The translations under genes and the position numbers were made by a program. A stretch of 64,000 nt of DNA. Source: Dudresnaya verticillata. Taxonomy: Eukaryota. Under the pieces are notes generated by a model, which had not been told where the DNA came from, did no database searches, and was given only the letters and a program-made list of their open reading frames with translations. The stretch lies in the NCBI GenBank assembly GCA_977862235.1, contig OZ374563.1:558001-622000 (forward strand), read 5' to 3'. This document shows positions 35,320 to 46,649 of this stretch, piece by piece (the first letter of the stretch is position 1; each line of letters starts with the position of its first letter).

Positions 35320-35580
35320 TGTAGTAGAATGACCATGGCCCAGGTAGAACGGGGAAGCCAGCAGGACACCTGCCCTGCAGTCATTACTAGCTTCGGTAGC
35401 TCGTGGAAAAAGGCGTTGGTAGAGACTTCGAAAAAGGCATAACGCCTAGGGAAAAAGGGAAAGGAAGGCGGCGCTACTCAGCTCGCGCAGAGCTTCCGTC
35501 TTGCGGAGACAGGGCTCGTACAGCACCTGAAAGAGGAAAAGGTACGGTGAGTCCGTGAGTACCGAAAAAGTGGAAAGGAC
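35320..35580 (-). repeat. 3' (U5) part of a third stacked LTR; upstream limit uncertain
   Basis: Ends ...CTACTACA, 1 nt before the next TG; CTCTACCA motif and pyrimidine tract as in the other LTR U5 regions. Confidence 0.4.
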
Positions 35581-36989
35581 CCAAACCCACCATGGGTTCT
35601 ATTCAGGACGCCCATACTACTCAGAGGCCTACTAAGTATGGCAGAGCCGGAAATTCTCTTACGTCCTATTTTCTATTCTAAGCTATTCTGGCTGTAATGA
35701 TTATAGTAATAAATGCTTTTATCAGTTATAGTTACGAATTAGTGGTAGTACCGCTCCGGTCCGCGTGAGCGGACACAATAAATTACCCAATGGAAAATTG
35801 CCAGCAAAAGTAGTGCCAGTAGGGATTCCAGCATGGTGCATTGTTCTTACAGCACACGGAGCTTGTGCGCACCTAACAGCTTCGTGCGCACGGGTGTGTT
35901 ACACCTTGATACGGACGCTTCTCTTACTGTGCGCTGGAACTCTTCTTTGGCTCATTCCTCCACATATCACACGCCGGGATGACCGATTAATGGCTCAGTG
36001 CTTAGAAGAGGTCCCTTCTCGACTCCAAAGGCACCCCTGAAGGGGTTCAGAAGAGTAAAAGGGCGAGACCCTACAAGCCCAAGTGGATTCCTTGGGGGAC
36101 CAATTAGAGTCGGTCCACCATGAATTAGATGAAGTCACGAAGGCTGCTGACCTTTACAGGAGCGAAGCAGCTATGGCTATTGCAGACGTTCAATTGAACG
36201 TAGACAACGCGCGTTGCGTTGACCAAGACAGAGCCATCGAAGTCCCGCAGAAGGATTTCGATGAGGAGAAGCGTAGTATGGCTTTTCCGAAGATGCAGAT
36301 GCGGCGACTAATCCGCGAAAGAGATGTTGTCCTCGAAGTTATGAGACGACCTTCGCCGGCCGGTACCTTGCGGCAGATACCGCAGACGTAGGAGGTGTTG
36401 ATGTGACTTGGAGAACAGGATTCTGTTCAGGGTAAAAGATGCTTCGCAGTGTCTCGCTCACTTGCGCTCCAGCTTTCGATGAAGACAGGCAAGTAAATGG
36501 GCACACACGGTAGGGTCCCCTCTTGCTCCTCGGAGGTGTGACTCCAAAAAAGCGAACCAGAGCTTTGTTGAGAGTTTCGCGCATCGCCGCGAAAACGACG
36601 TGCATGATCTCATCTTGATAGGCCGTCCGACCTGAGGGTCGATTCAGACCTTGCACTAGAAGGTTACTTGGCATCTTGAGCCATTTCGGTGCGCGACGGT
36701 GATGGTTTAACCGCCCGAGCAGAATTTCGAGCAACGCAATCAGAACAGGATTCTGCTACAAGTGCTTTCCAGAATCTGTCCACACGTTCTAAGCACAAGT
36801 AAATTTACTGTGTATCAAAGAACGTGGAGTGAAATCGCACGACCAAGCGCGCGGGAGAGATCGTGGGTGGGAGACGGACTGGAGAAGTGCTCGTCCGGTG
36901 GAAGTCGCAACATAATTGCTCCATGAACCCTGTTTTGAAAACAGTATGGGTTCAGTCGGAAGAGATTAAACAAAAAGTGCGATACAACA

Positions 36990-37644
36990 CTAGCGTGGTG
37001 TTCCTGCCTTCCTCATCTCATGGAGAAACGCTTCGACAAGAGTGGTAACGTCTTCCCGCATTGACTCGAGAGATTTCCAGTCGTTATCGGTTTCGTCGAA
37101 ACATTTCCAACTGACGAGTAGTTCAAATACTCCATGGCGGAGACGAACACCCTGAAACTCGCTTCAACCATTAGTTCATTCTCTTGGGAGGCGAGTTGGT
37201 TACGGATTTCTTCAGTGATGTCGAAGTCTTTGTTCCGAAAAACTTCAGGCGTAGGCCACATGCTTCCTGGCGCTTGAGAGTTAGGGGCTCCTCTATCTTA
37301 AATATATACTTCGAGAGACAGGCCGTTACGCGGTGGAGCTGCACCTCCTTGCCCCTTTTTGCGGAAGCGAGGCCACGCACATTTTTTTGCATAGATGCGA
37401 CTGCAATCTGAAGTTCTTCGATGTTCATAATCCGAAGAGCTTTAGACTTGTCAACAGAACGAACCTTCATCTGGTTGTGTTCAGAATTCTTGATGGTAAG
37501 CAGGGGTGTGTCCCGTGGCCTGTGAATACGGTGAGGGGGCAACGATTGCCCAGCCGAGCTAGCGGAGAGTTGTTCAGAATCGGATTAACAAGCGGCAGTA
37601 CCGTCGGCCAGGATGTGAGCGGGAGCTGAAACGCGGACAGTAGT
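36990..37644 (-). pseudogene. Gypsy integrase C-terminal half with chromodomain-like tail (element G, left piece)
   Basis: LLSAFQLPLTSWPTVLPLVNPILNNSP; FELLVSWKCFDETDNDWKSL. Confidence 0.8.
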
Positions 37645-38538
37645 AACACCCATTTAAGCCATTCCAGAATCTGACTTTGAAAACAGACTGGAGTCGAATA
37701 GCTATTTTATGGTATCGTTGGAAAGGGGAGCGTGCCCTGAGTACGATGGTGAAATCCGATTGGCCAACGGACCATTTGTTCCGAAGTTATGGTGGTTTGC
37801 GTGATTTTACACAAAATAATTCAAGGTTTTCCGAAATTTAATTTCTTTGCATCGATTTGGCCCGGCCGGGCCACTCCGTGGTCCACACGGGGCCAAATTG
37901 GTCCACCCGGTCCCACCTGCCCCATGCGCTCGCCCCCCACACCCCGATGCCACGGCACGCCCCCCCATGGCACACAATGCCCCGGTTGTACCGTGCCTCC
38001 CCGCACACCGCACCGCAGATGCGTGCGTGGCCCTGTTTCCGGAGCCCCTACTCTGCCGCGCCACGCCTTCTCACCGCACCTACTGTACTGTCCTGTGCGC
38101 GTCCGTACGGGAACGCATACAGACTGCCTCGTCGCCCATTTCCCGCACCCGCCCCGCGAGGCTCATGACCAGGGACAGCCCTACTACCGCGGGTGCCCAC
38201 CAGCGCGCACACCCAGATCCCCGCTACCGACCCCACTTCCCATGCCACTGCTGAATTTTGACTTCGCAGCGACAGGGGGCGGAACGCGTGACAAGCCACG
38301 TGTGGTGCCGTGAGCGAAGGCGGGTTGTAGGGCCTAGCAGTCGGCGTCAGACAAGACGGCAGTGCGAAATTTTGTTAACTCGGTAAGCTCACGGCGGGGA
38401 AAGGCGGTGAAGGGCTTGTGGGCACGACTGTACTCTACTGCTAAAATGAATCATGCTCCCACCATATGCGACTAGTGCATGCACGGATTCAACACCACAA
38501 GGAAGGTTTCGTTTAATACCCTTTACATCCAAACCCAC

Positions 38539-38826
38539 TTACGCCTCTGATTCAGGATCTTCTACGGTCCAATTCAACGGGACCGTCCAGCCCAGCATCC
38601 CTAACACATCCCGTGCTCCCCTCATCACCCCCTTCCCAACCTGCCCAGCTCTCGCGATCATTTCACGTGCCCATCCCATGAGCTGGTCCCGGAGCCAAAA
38701 AGTGGTATCCAGCTCAGCCAGGGCAACTCCGCGCGCCTCGATGATTTCAGCGCGGAGCTCCCTGAGTTCTTCTACAAGCCTTTCGGGAGCTGTGTCGGAA
38801 GGTAGCATTTTGTCACCGTGCATCAC
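38539..38826 (-). CDS. Small coiled-coil protein ending EDPESEA (TIR-element family protein)
   Basis: Similar to ORF 54527-54907 (APExLVxExRxLRAE...MLGW...EDPESEA), at an equivalent distance from the left TIR. Confidence 0.7.
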   Translation of the reverse strand: MMHGDKMLPSDTAPERLVEELRELRAEIIEARGVALAELDTTFWLRDQLMGWAREMIARAGQVGKGVMRGARDVLGMLGWTVPLNWTVEDPESEA

Positions 38827-38986
38827 CGTTGGGGTCCGCGGTGTTCTTCATATAGACCTCGACACAGATACATTGTCTGCACTGAGTATAGAAAATACCA
38901 GCATGTGTACATCGAAGACAGCCACTTTGGCTGCACAAAGTGTAACAAAATCCACCTGCCCAATGTCTATCGTTTCGGATTTATCC

Positions 38987-39514
38987 TCACTCATCAAAGA
39001 AAGCCGTGGCATACAAGACGCTGATGTTATGTTTAGCTTGCTCGGCCCTCGCACTCCTGACCTCCTCCGAACCTTCCATATTTTCCTTGGCATAATGCCA
39101 TGTGACTAATAAACGGCACATTCTCTCCAGGTCGCGAACGGGCGCGCTTGCCGTCCTAGTTGCCTCGAGTAGCACAGAATCTATGTCGTGAGCTGTTGCA
39201 CCATAGAAACCTTCATCACAAACGTACTCCAACTTCTTCACCCCGGTCCTGTACACGGCATCCAGCATCTTGCAGTCATGCTCGTGTTGCGATAGAACAT
39301 GGTTCAACTCGCTATTTCGACTTCCATTCATGAGTGTTTCGCTCTCACGGACTTCCAAAGCGTCCATTACCCGCCGTGGAAACTGCAAATACTCAATCCG
39401 AAGCCTCCTAGAGCGATTGTTTGGTCTGCATTTCAGCTGCGCTCTGACGTGCTTGTGAAACTTTCCAAAAGCAGATTGCATGCCCTCGGGAACTGCACCA
39501 AGGCCCGAAAACAT
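38987..39514 (-). CDS. Hypothetical protein fragment within the TIR element
   Basis: 175-codon ORF, no motif recognised. Confidence 0.35.
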   Translation of the reverse strand: MFSGLGAVPEGMQSAFGKFHKHVRAQLKCRPNNRSRRLRIEYLQFPRRVMDALEVRESETLMNGSRNSELNHVLSQHEHDCKMLDAVYRTGVKKLEYVCDEGFYGATAHDIDSVLLEATRTASAPVRDLERMCRLLVTWHYAKENMEGSEEVRSARAEQAKHNISVLYATAFFDE

Positions 39515-40254
39515 TGTTGTGATAGACCCGATGATGTGAAAGCTCTGCTTGCTCTGATGTGAGCTTGGCGTTAGCTGCGAGGAGATCTACTAGGGTGGTA
39601 AGGGGTGAAGTACGCAGTACTGAAAATAGACGAGCCTCTCTTCACAATCTCGGCTCGAGCCGCGGAGTTCTTTGACGGTCCACGTGTGTTCGTACGGCAT
39701 GCATTTCAATAGACACCAATGAGGGGATATATCTTACTTCGATCTCGCGACGAAGTGCAAAGCGCATCCAATTTCGTTCGCTACCTCATTCAAGAATTCG
39801 GAAGAAGGATAATAAGTGCGCTTCGTCATGCTCGGCGAAATGTACAGGACTTGCATCGTTCTGTACGTGCACTTAGGGAGGAAGTAGAACGCGATGTAGA
39901 AGACCCACTCTCGGAATAGGCTTCGTGCAATTGTTGTAAACGATCTGATTTGATTGTCCATACCTGTTGCGATGACAACCTTCGCAATGCCGTTTTCGGA
40001 TCCGCTCGAGCGCACACGCTTACCCACTGAGACATCCACATTGAGCAGACGGAAGAGAATATTACCCGCATGGGTTTCTTTGTCGCCCGCCATTTCGTAT
40101 CACTTCTCGACCTCTGCGAGAATCTGCCCCTCTCCATTAACAAGCGAGTCCAGACCGACCGACACACGGTCGATCAGGGGAAAGGCAGGCTCACCAAGCT
40201 CCATCCGCTCAATATTAGCCACTTGTATCGAGCATATTCTCGGTCTCTGGCCTC

Positions 40255-41087
40255 AACATGAGCACGTTAACAAGCGCGTTGACGCAGCTCAGAAAGTCGT
40301 CCACCTGCTACTCAGGGAAGGCTTGCACACTTTCTGTTGCGACGCCGTTCCGACTCCAAGCGGATACTGGATATCCCATGGCCGCTGCGGCCTTGCCGAC
40401 GGTAGAGCCGACGGTGTCCGAGCCCATGCCGCCAACTGCGAACCTGTACCGAGGGATGAACGCTAGTTTCTGCCATCGCTTTTCTTGCTGGAACTTGAGG
40501 TATTATCCCAAGCCGATTTAAAGTTGAATAACCCAGTGCATGACATAGGCTGCCATGTCTATTGCAAGATCGGGATCTACCAGGCGAACAATAGTTATGT
40601 GCTCCGGGATTTCATGCAGAGCAGGGTGGGCGGCTCTGCTTCCTACAAGGTGAATGGCGTGTTGGTTGGGTAGGCTCAACATTTGAGGTACTGGCATGTG
40701 CCAGATTACAAGATACTGGACTTGGCGCCACAGCTCTTCGTTTGGATCAATTACGGTCTTGCCAGCGCTCCATTCCCCAACCTTAAAGTCAGGAAGCAGA
40801 CGAGATAGCTCGCGCATCCACGCTAGGTTTTCGCTCTCTATCTGGCGAAAATACTCGAGAACAATTGTGCCGGGCATGGTTGCACCTTGGACCGTTGCCG
40901 AGACTGGGCCCGTGGGATGCAACCCCTCACCCTCTGTAGCTTGCATAGCATCGGCAGCAGTAGCGGAAATACTCGCAGTAGTCTTGGCATAATCCGCGGT
41001 GGCAGAGTCGCTTGCTGCGGCCTTTCGTCTTGCCTTGAGGTTTCCATTATTAATGCTTCTCCCCGCGACTGCGAGCATCGGCGTCAT
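40255..41087 (-). pseudogene. Captured fragment of a GhrA-like D-2-hydroxyacid dehydrogenase (glyoxylate/hydroxypyruvate reductase)
   Basis: YLVIWH...LPN...IVRLVDPDLAIDMAAYVMHWV, then past stops YLKFQQEKRW...VGGMGSDTVGSTVGKAAAAMGYPVSAWSR...DDFLSCVNALVNVL (degenerate Rossmann glycine loop). Confidence 0.8.
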
Positions 41088-41174
41088 CCGCAGTCTGGTA
41101 TCACTGAACGGAGAGCGATTCTTGAAAAACGCACCATCGATAGGTCTGCTTAGCCTGAACGACAGTTGGGAACT

Positions 41175-41559
41175 TTAACCAGCAATTCGCTCGACGAACA
41201 TCAGCCCCACTGCAGACGGCGTGGAAACAAACTCGGAGTACTCCTTGAGCAGTCGCTCGCATTTCAGGAGCAGTTCATTCTCGTCGAGCACTGTGCGCAG
41301 CGCAAACGTCCTAGCAGCAGCCTCGCGGCGCTGCACGAGGGTAGTGTGAAGGTCGCCGATCGGCTCATCCAGCAAGCCGAGCAGCGCGACCAAGTCGCGG
41401 CGGAGCGCTTCCATCGGGACTGCGGCCGCGTCGGCAAGCGGCTCCGAGGCGTCGATGGCCGGGCCGAACGAGGTGAAGGTGTTGAAGCATGTAGACCGGC
41501 CCGAACAGCATGAAGGCGAGGAATAGTGCGAGGAATAGTACAGGAATCAGGGTGTCCAA
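41175..41559 (-). pseudogene. Probable captured 5' fragment of a gene with an N-terminal hydrophobic anchor
   Basis: DTLIPVLFLALFLAFMLFGPVY followed, after a frameshift, by a helical ORF; GC-rich codon style. Confidence 0.35.
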
Positions 41560-41614
41560 CCCGCATGCAGCGGCGGCGGTGGAGCAGAGAGACGCGTCGA
41601 GTACTTCTGTGAGG

Positions 41615-41945
41615 CAGTAGCTAATTCGTTTCTCGTGGGTGGGAGCTATCGACGAATATGGATATTTCTAATAGCTCCTCGGCGACGCCCAGATCGAAAA
41701 GCTATTTTCTTAGGTTTCACGATTCCGCTTCCTGAATAGCTATGTAGCTAACGAGATTACCTCCAGGCAAATATCTACTTTTTTAGGTTTTTCATTCTGA
41801 CTAAATGGGGAGCTATGTAGCTCCGGCGGAGTCGCAAATCAAAAACCTATGAAAATAGATGTTTCATTTGGCGCATCTCAACATCTATTGGCGATATCTA
41901 TATTCGTTTATAGCTTTTCCAGATCTGCGTCCTGATTTGCTACTG
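41615..41945. repeat. ~330-bp imperfect palindrome (MITE-like)
   Basis: CAGTAGCTAAT / ATTTGCTACTG ends; AGCTATCGACGAATATGGATAT (41644) pairs with GATATCTATATTCGTTTATAGCT (to 41915). No TSD found. Confidence 0.6.
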
Positions 41946-42029
41946 ATCTCAATGTGTTACACAGGGCCTGGCCCACCTCTTCGTACTACCATCTCTTGCT
42001 TTGCGCGTCCCTCTCCGCCGCCGCAACCC

Positions 42030-42650
42030 CCCGTTCCCCCCTTCAGGAGATTGACTCACCCAAGCCCTTGAACCATCACACTAGCTTTATCAACTATGTC
42101 TGCTTCTCCCCGGGCAGCTCCAAGCTCGCCATTGCGTCCTCGGATAGATCCATTAGCATTGTCGACGTCGCCGAGGCGGACGTTATCCCCACTTTCAAGC
42201 GGCACACTGCGTCTGTCACTGGCCTGTGTTGGGCGGATGACGGCTCCAAACTTCTGTACTCGTCGAATGACAAAACTACCCGCATGTGAAACATTCCAGA
42301 CGGCGAGTGCCTATCCACTGTCACCTTCGGCTCTAATGTCATGGACATGCAGGTGGGCTGCACCATTGCCCGCAACACTGGCGAAGTAGTGTTCGGCTCG
42401 CTGCATTCTGAGATATTTATCACTGGAGCCGATGGAAAGCGCAAGACCGTCATGCGCGGCCACGCAAAGCAGAGTGTCGGCATTGCCGACGTGGCAGATA
42501 AGGTCTACTCGTCAGACTACTCGGGGCTCATGTTTGCTTGGACCTGCTCTTCAACGGCAAGGGCCCAAACCACTGCTGTTTGTTCTATTCCTGCTAATGA
42601 CCAAATTGTCGCGAATGTTGGACAGGACATAAAGGTTTTCATCAGGATGG
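42030..42650 (+). pseudogene. Captured WD40 fragment, most like AIP1/WDR1 (actin-interacting protein 1)
   Basis: HTSFINYVCFSPG..., HTASVTGLCWADDGSKLLYSSNDKTTRM*, FGSNVMDMQVGC, MRGHAK, YSSDYSG; internal stop, no start or end of gene. Confidence 0.75.
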
Positions 42651-42845
42651 GGTGTCTCACGGTGAGGGCAGGATGCGAGTTCTTGCATGTCACTTCGTAT
42701 CTATAGCAGCGCACGAACCGGTCTCAGACTCCTGGGTGCTACTACGTGAGGCTCAAACTCAACTCCTAAACATATTTATTCACTATCAATCGTCCCATGG
42801 CATCATTTTGAGCAACCAATACCCGCCCGCAAGGCTTTGTGGTCC

Positions 42846-43208
42846 CTACGCGATATTTTCCGATCGCATGTCCAGGGCTTCCCTAATTTTCCGTTGCGCA
42901 GTCACCGGGATCCCACCATTTGTTAAACGAGCGAACTCGACCAGTACGGAGTTTTGAGGGACTTTATCTCTCCATGGAATGGTTTGGTCGACACCTTTGG
43001 TGACTTTTGCTTTTTTGTACCTCCCTGGAAACGTATTGCCTCTGCCCGTACTCCTCTCGTACCACTCCACCTCCAGAGTTGTTATCCTCCCCGTTTGGTT
43101 AGAATTCCAGTCCATGATTTGGCCAAGCCAGAAGGGACAATTTTCAGTACAGTCATCTCCCAGAACCGCTACGAAGCTGTTCTTAGTATAAGTTAGATCA
43201 TGTCTCAC
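42846..43208 (-). pseudogene. Beta-rich domain resembling the C-terminus of DUF7869-type putative transposases
   Basis: SFVAV...PFWLGQI...LEVEWYE...PWRDKV..NSVLVEF..LT pattern; attribution from recall only. Confidence 0.5.
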
Positions 43209-44661
43209 AATTTGCTGTTCTTCTGAGGATTCTGAATGGGAGTGTGCGGGATCGCCGTAATGCTTTGTTCCCTGTCAAACTCAAACGGAATACTGTCCGA
43301 ATGCAATTGTTTTTAATGTAACCATTTGAAGTCACTGGCCGGTGGTGTTTTGAGGCCAATCCAGCTACCGTCTGCGCAAGACAATCCGAATAACAATTGA
43401 CTCTTGTCGGAGGTATCCGGCTTCAAGCATCCCAAGTTGGCCACAATAGCAGTTGCAAGTGGACGGCAGTAGGTCCTGATTCAGAGGCGTGAGTGAGTCC
43501 TGGATGGAAAAGGGTAAAGCACAATCGCAGCTCACGAAGCAATTTCAAAAAGGCTAGCAAATGAGACCAAGTTCGCAAGCACGCCCCATTCACCAGCACG
43601 TTCTGCACACCGAGCACCGTCGATTGTACAAGCAGCGGGTATTGACCAGGCAGAATGTTCTCAACCCTGGCGCGCGCGTCTGGATATCAGGGCCGTGACG
43701 GTTTGGACACGGTTTGAAATACAACCACTAAACCCACGGTAGTGCTGCCAACACAGTCGTTTGCGTGTAATTAGTCCGATACCCAACCATTTTCAACTCA
43801 CATCCTGTTGCAGACGCGGGCTTCGTTTGCTAAGGGCGCTATGAAATGTAACGGCGTTTTTCAGGACACGGTATGCGATGTAGACCCAGAGCATCACGAC
43901 ATGCCCATGCTGCGAGCGCCTTGGGTGCGTGGAACGAGGGCACAAGACGACCTGAAGTTGTCATCATGTCTGTGCGGTCGTGTCCATTAGCCCTTCACCG
44001 CCTTTCCTCGCTGTGGGCTTGTCAAGGAAACCACACTTCGCACTACCGTTGCGCTAATGCCGACTCCTAGGCCGTGGAAATCACTGAAGCTGCAGCAGTA
44101 GTCGCGCAGGTACTGAGCTAGATTTGGAGGCAGTTGTTGGTTCAGGCGCACATCTGCACCGCTTGAGAACGCGGTGACGGTGATCTGTATGCGTTCCCGT
44201 ACGGGCGTGCACAGGACAGTACAGCAGGTGCGGTGAGAAAGCGTGGCGCGGCAGAGTAGGGGCTGTGGAAGCAGGGTCGCGCACGCATCTGCGTGGATTT
44301 GCGCGGGGCGGCACGGTACAATCAGGGCATTTTGTGCCATGGGGGGCGTGCCGTGGCATCGGGGTGTGGGGGGCGAGCGCATGGGGCAGGTGGGACCGGG
44401 CGGACCAATTTGGCCCAGTGTGGACTACGGAGTGGCCCGGGCGGGCCAAATCGACGCAAAGAAATTAAATTTCGGAAAACCTAGAATTATTTTGTGTAAA
44501 ATCACGCAAACCGCTATAACTTTGGAACAAATGGTCCGTTGGGCAATCGGATTTCACCATCGTACTCAGGGCACGCTCCCCTTTCTAACGATACCATAAA
44601 ATAGCTATTCGACTCCAGTCTGTTTTCAAATTCAGATTCTGGAATGGCTTAAATGGGTGTT

Positions 44662-45240
44662 TAGTGCCCGCATGGCGCGAAGTAGCTCACAACAAACGAC
44701 TTCGACGGTCCCATTACTCCACGGACATTAGGCCAAAGTGAATTGATGTTGGCCGTTTGTCTGTTCGCTGAGATGACACGCAACTTCGTTTTTGAAATGC
44801 CTTCCGCGATCGGAAACCCACTGAGAAACAACTCCAAATGCGGCGATTCATGACATGACAGAATGTGCTGTGGTATCAGTGTTGGATTTCGTAGTCGGAA
44901 CGAGCCAAACGGAGCCGCTGAAATAATCCTTGAGAACTATAACGTAGAGGTAGTTGTCCTCACCCTCCTATCTGTAGCAATAGTCGAAGTGAAGCATGGC
45001 GTTCGGACGATCGGCATGCAACGCATGTCCTAATGGGCGAGGAACCACTTCGGCAGATGGTGATAAACAATGCAAACATGAGCGAGAAAAGGACTCGACG
45101 TCAGCGGAGATAAGAGTCCACCAGAAATGCGCCTTGATGGATGTCTATGTCGTGCAGTAGCCACTGTAACCGCCGATTACACAGTGTCCGGAAACCATGA
45201 TGGGGACCTTCAGCAACATGTCTTCATCCAGTACCCAGAA
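44662..45240 (-). pseudogene. Gypsy integrase N-terminal half (element G, right piece)
   Basis: CLHC, LHFDYC, WVSDRGRHF, PWSNGTVEVVC; continuous with 36990-37644 across the TIR insertion. Confidence 0.85.
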
Positions 45241-45312
45241 TAGTCCTTTGTCGTCTTGCAGAATTCCTCTCTTTTTGGACAACGTCCTGCGGTCCAATCC
45301 ACTTCTTAAGCA

Positions 45313-46390
45313 ATGTCCAGTGAGTCGATTCCTCTTAATCGCCCTCAGGGGCGATCGTACCGCCTGACCCAGCCGGAGCTCCCCGTACTGGCCAGGACCA
45401 AGGCTGGGAGTCAGGCACCAACGCCGCCGCTGCCCAGAACACCACCGCCGATTCCGGCACCACTCTCGCCACTAGTGGATTCATCCACAATTCAGAAGGA
45501 AGTCCCTCATGTCGCCTTCATACACGGGACTACCATTCCCCGAAGTGCCATTCGCGAGGTATGCCTCATGGAAGGCCAGGCCTTTGCCGCCCGGCTGTCG
45601 CGCCAGATAACAGACAGCCTGCTCTGGTCAACCAGCGCATCGACGAGGTTGGTACTCGAATCGACCTCGCAATGGAGAATCCTCCTGAGAGCCATCGGGG
45701 CCTCACCGTCGGGGTCCGCACCCTACGAGGAGATTTCAACCGCCTCCTCGAGACACACGGGGCCACTCCCGAAAGGGGCACCCGACCAAGTCCCCCCACG
45801 TGTACGCGCGGAACGCCCGCTCGATGACCGCATAACGCGGATTGCCGACCGTTTGGAAAGACTAGAGGGCATATGCCTCAATGAGCGCGAACCGCTATTG
45901 TCGCCCGATAGCCGAGGCAAATCGGAGAGAAGTCGAATTCGACAATCATTACCATCAGGGGGACACGTAGCCCAAAGGCTGTTGTCGCCATGGGTGTGAA
46001 GACCACGCACACACGGACGACTACCGTCGAGGCCGTCGCGTCAATCGCCGCGATGAACGACGCCCGAATCGTCGCTCTGGAAATACGCGGAATAGCCGCA
46101 GTCCCCACCGTCATCTTGACGATTACGATCCGTCATCCCCGTCGTCATCCAACAAGTCAGGTATGGACCGCTCCGATGGAGAAGCTTGGGGAAATCCCCA
46201 GCGCGATAATTGCACGCTTCACAATGGGCCGCAGTATAAGCACCTTAAGGAGCTGAAACCAACGAACCCCTTCTATGACCAATTGCTGTCATATCGGCAT
46301 TATCCTTTACAAAACACGGAACAGTCCCGTACAAGCCGACAGACCGGCAAGATCAAGGACCAGATCAAAAGACTGGAGTTGACCTTATAG
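45313..46390 (+). pseudogene. Truncated gypsy gag (same family as 62150 onward)
   Basis: IPRSAIREVCLME and LKELKPTNPFYDQLLSYR...TGKIKDQIKRLELT match IPRERIREVCVLE and LKELRPSNPLFD...TGKVKDHIKRLELT at 62150-63460. Confidence 0.85.
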
Positions 46391-46649
46391 TAAGACTTTA
46401 TATGGGTATGACCGCCCAAAGGGTATTATTAGGCAGGGTAGGGTTGCAAAATTAAACAAAATTCTACATCGCTGTGCCAATGCTGCCACTTCGCGCTACA
46501 AATAGTTTCTACGCCCCCAATTATATCTAAAATACAGTACCGCGCCGCCAATGAAAAAATCAGCAGCAGCAAAGCTCAACTGTGATTGATGCGCGCATGC
46601 GTGCTGACAGCTGCTTGCAGAACCACGGGCATACAGTACGTGGCGGACG

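Larger units (their letters stand above)
37645..44661. mobile_element. 7017-bp non-autonomous long-TIR DNA element, 4-bp TSD TAGT, termini AACACCC...GGGTGTT
   Basis: 37645-~38123 is the inverted copy of ~44184-44661, with further inverted homology at ~38330-38417 / ~43988-44075. TAGT at 37641-37644 and 44662-44665. Removing the element and one TSD restores the integrase frame RAMRALLSAFQ. Confidence 0.93.

Noticed and set aside
35765..36734. Short ORFs 36083-36391 and 36339-36734
   Set aside because: Possibly TE accessory remnants, but no motif or convincing in-window homology.
37789..38313. GC-rich ORFs in TIRs and LTRs (also 43987-44599, 46496-47518, 61074-62249)
   Set aside because: They lie in non-coding terminal repeats and are expected by chance at this GC content.
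37641..44665. piggyBac-type TTAA/CACCC interpretation of the TIR ends
   Set aside because: The flanks would be GTAA and TTTA, and the reconstructed empty site would frameshift the integrase; the TAGT duplication restores it exactly.
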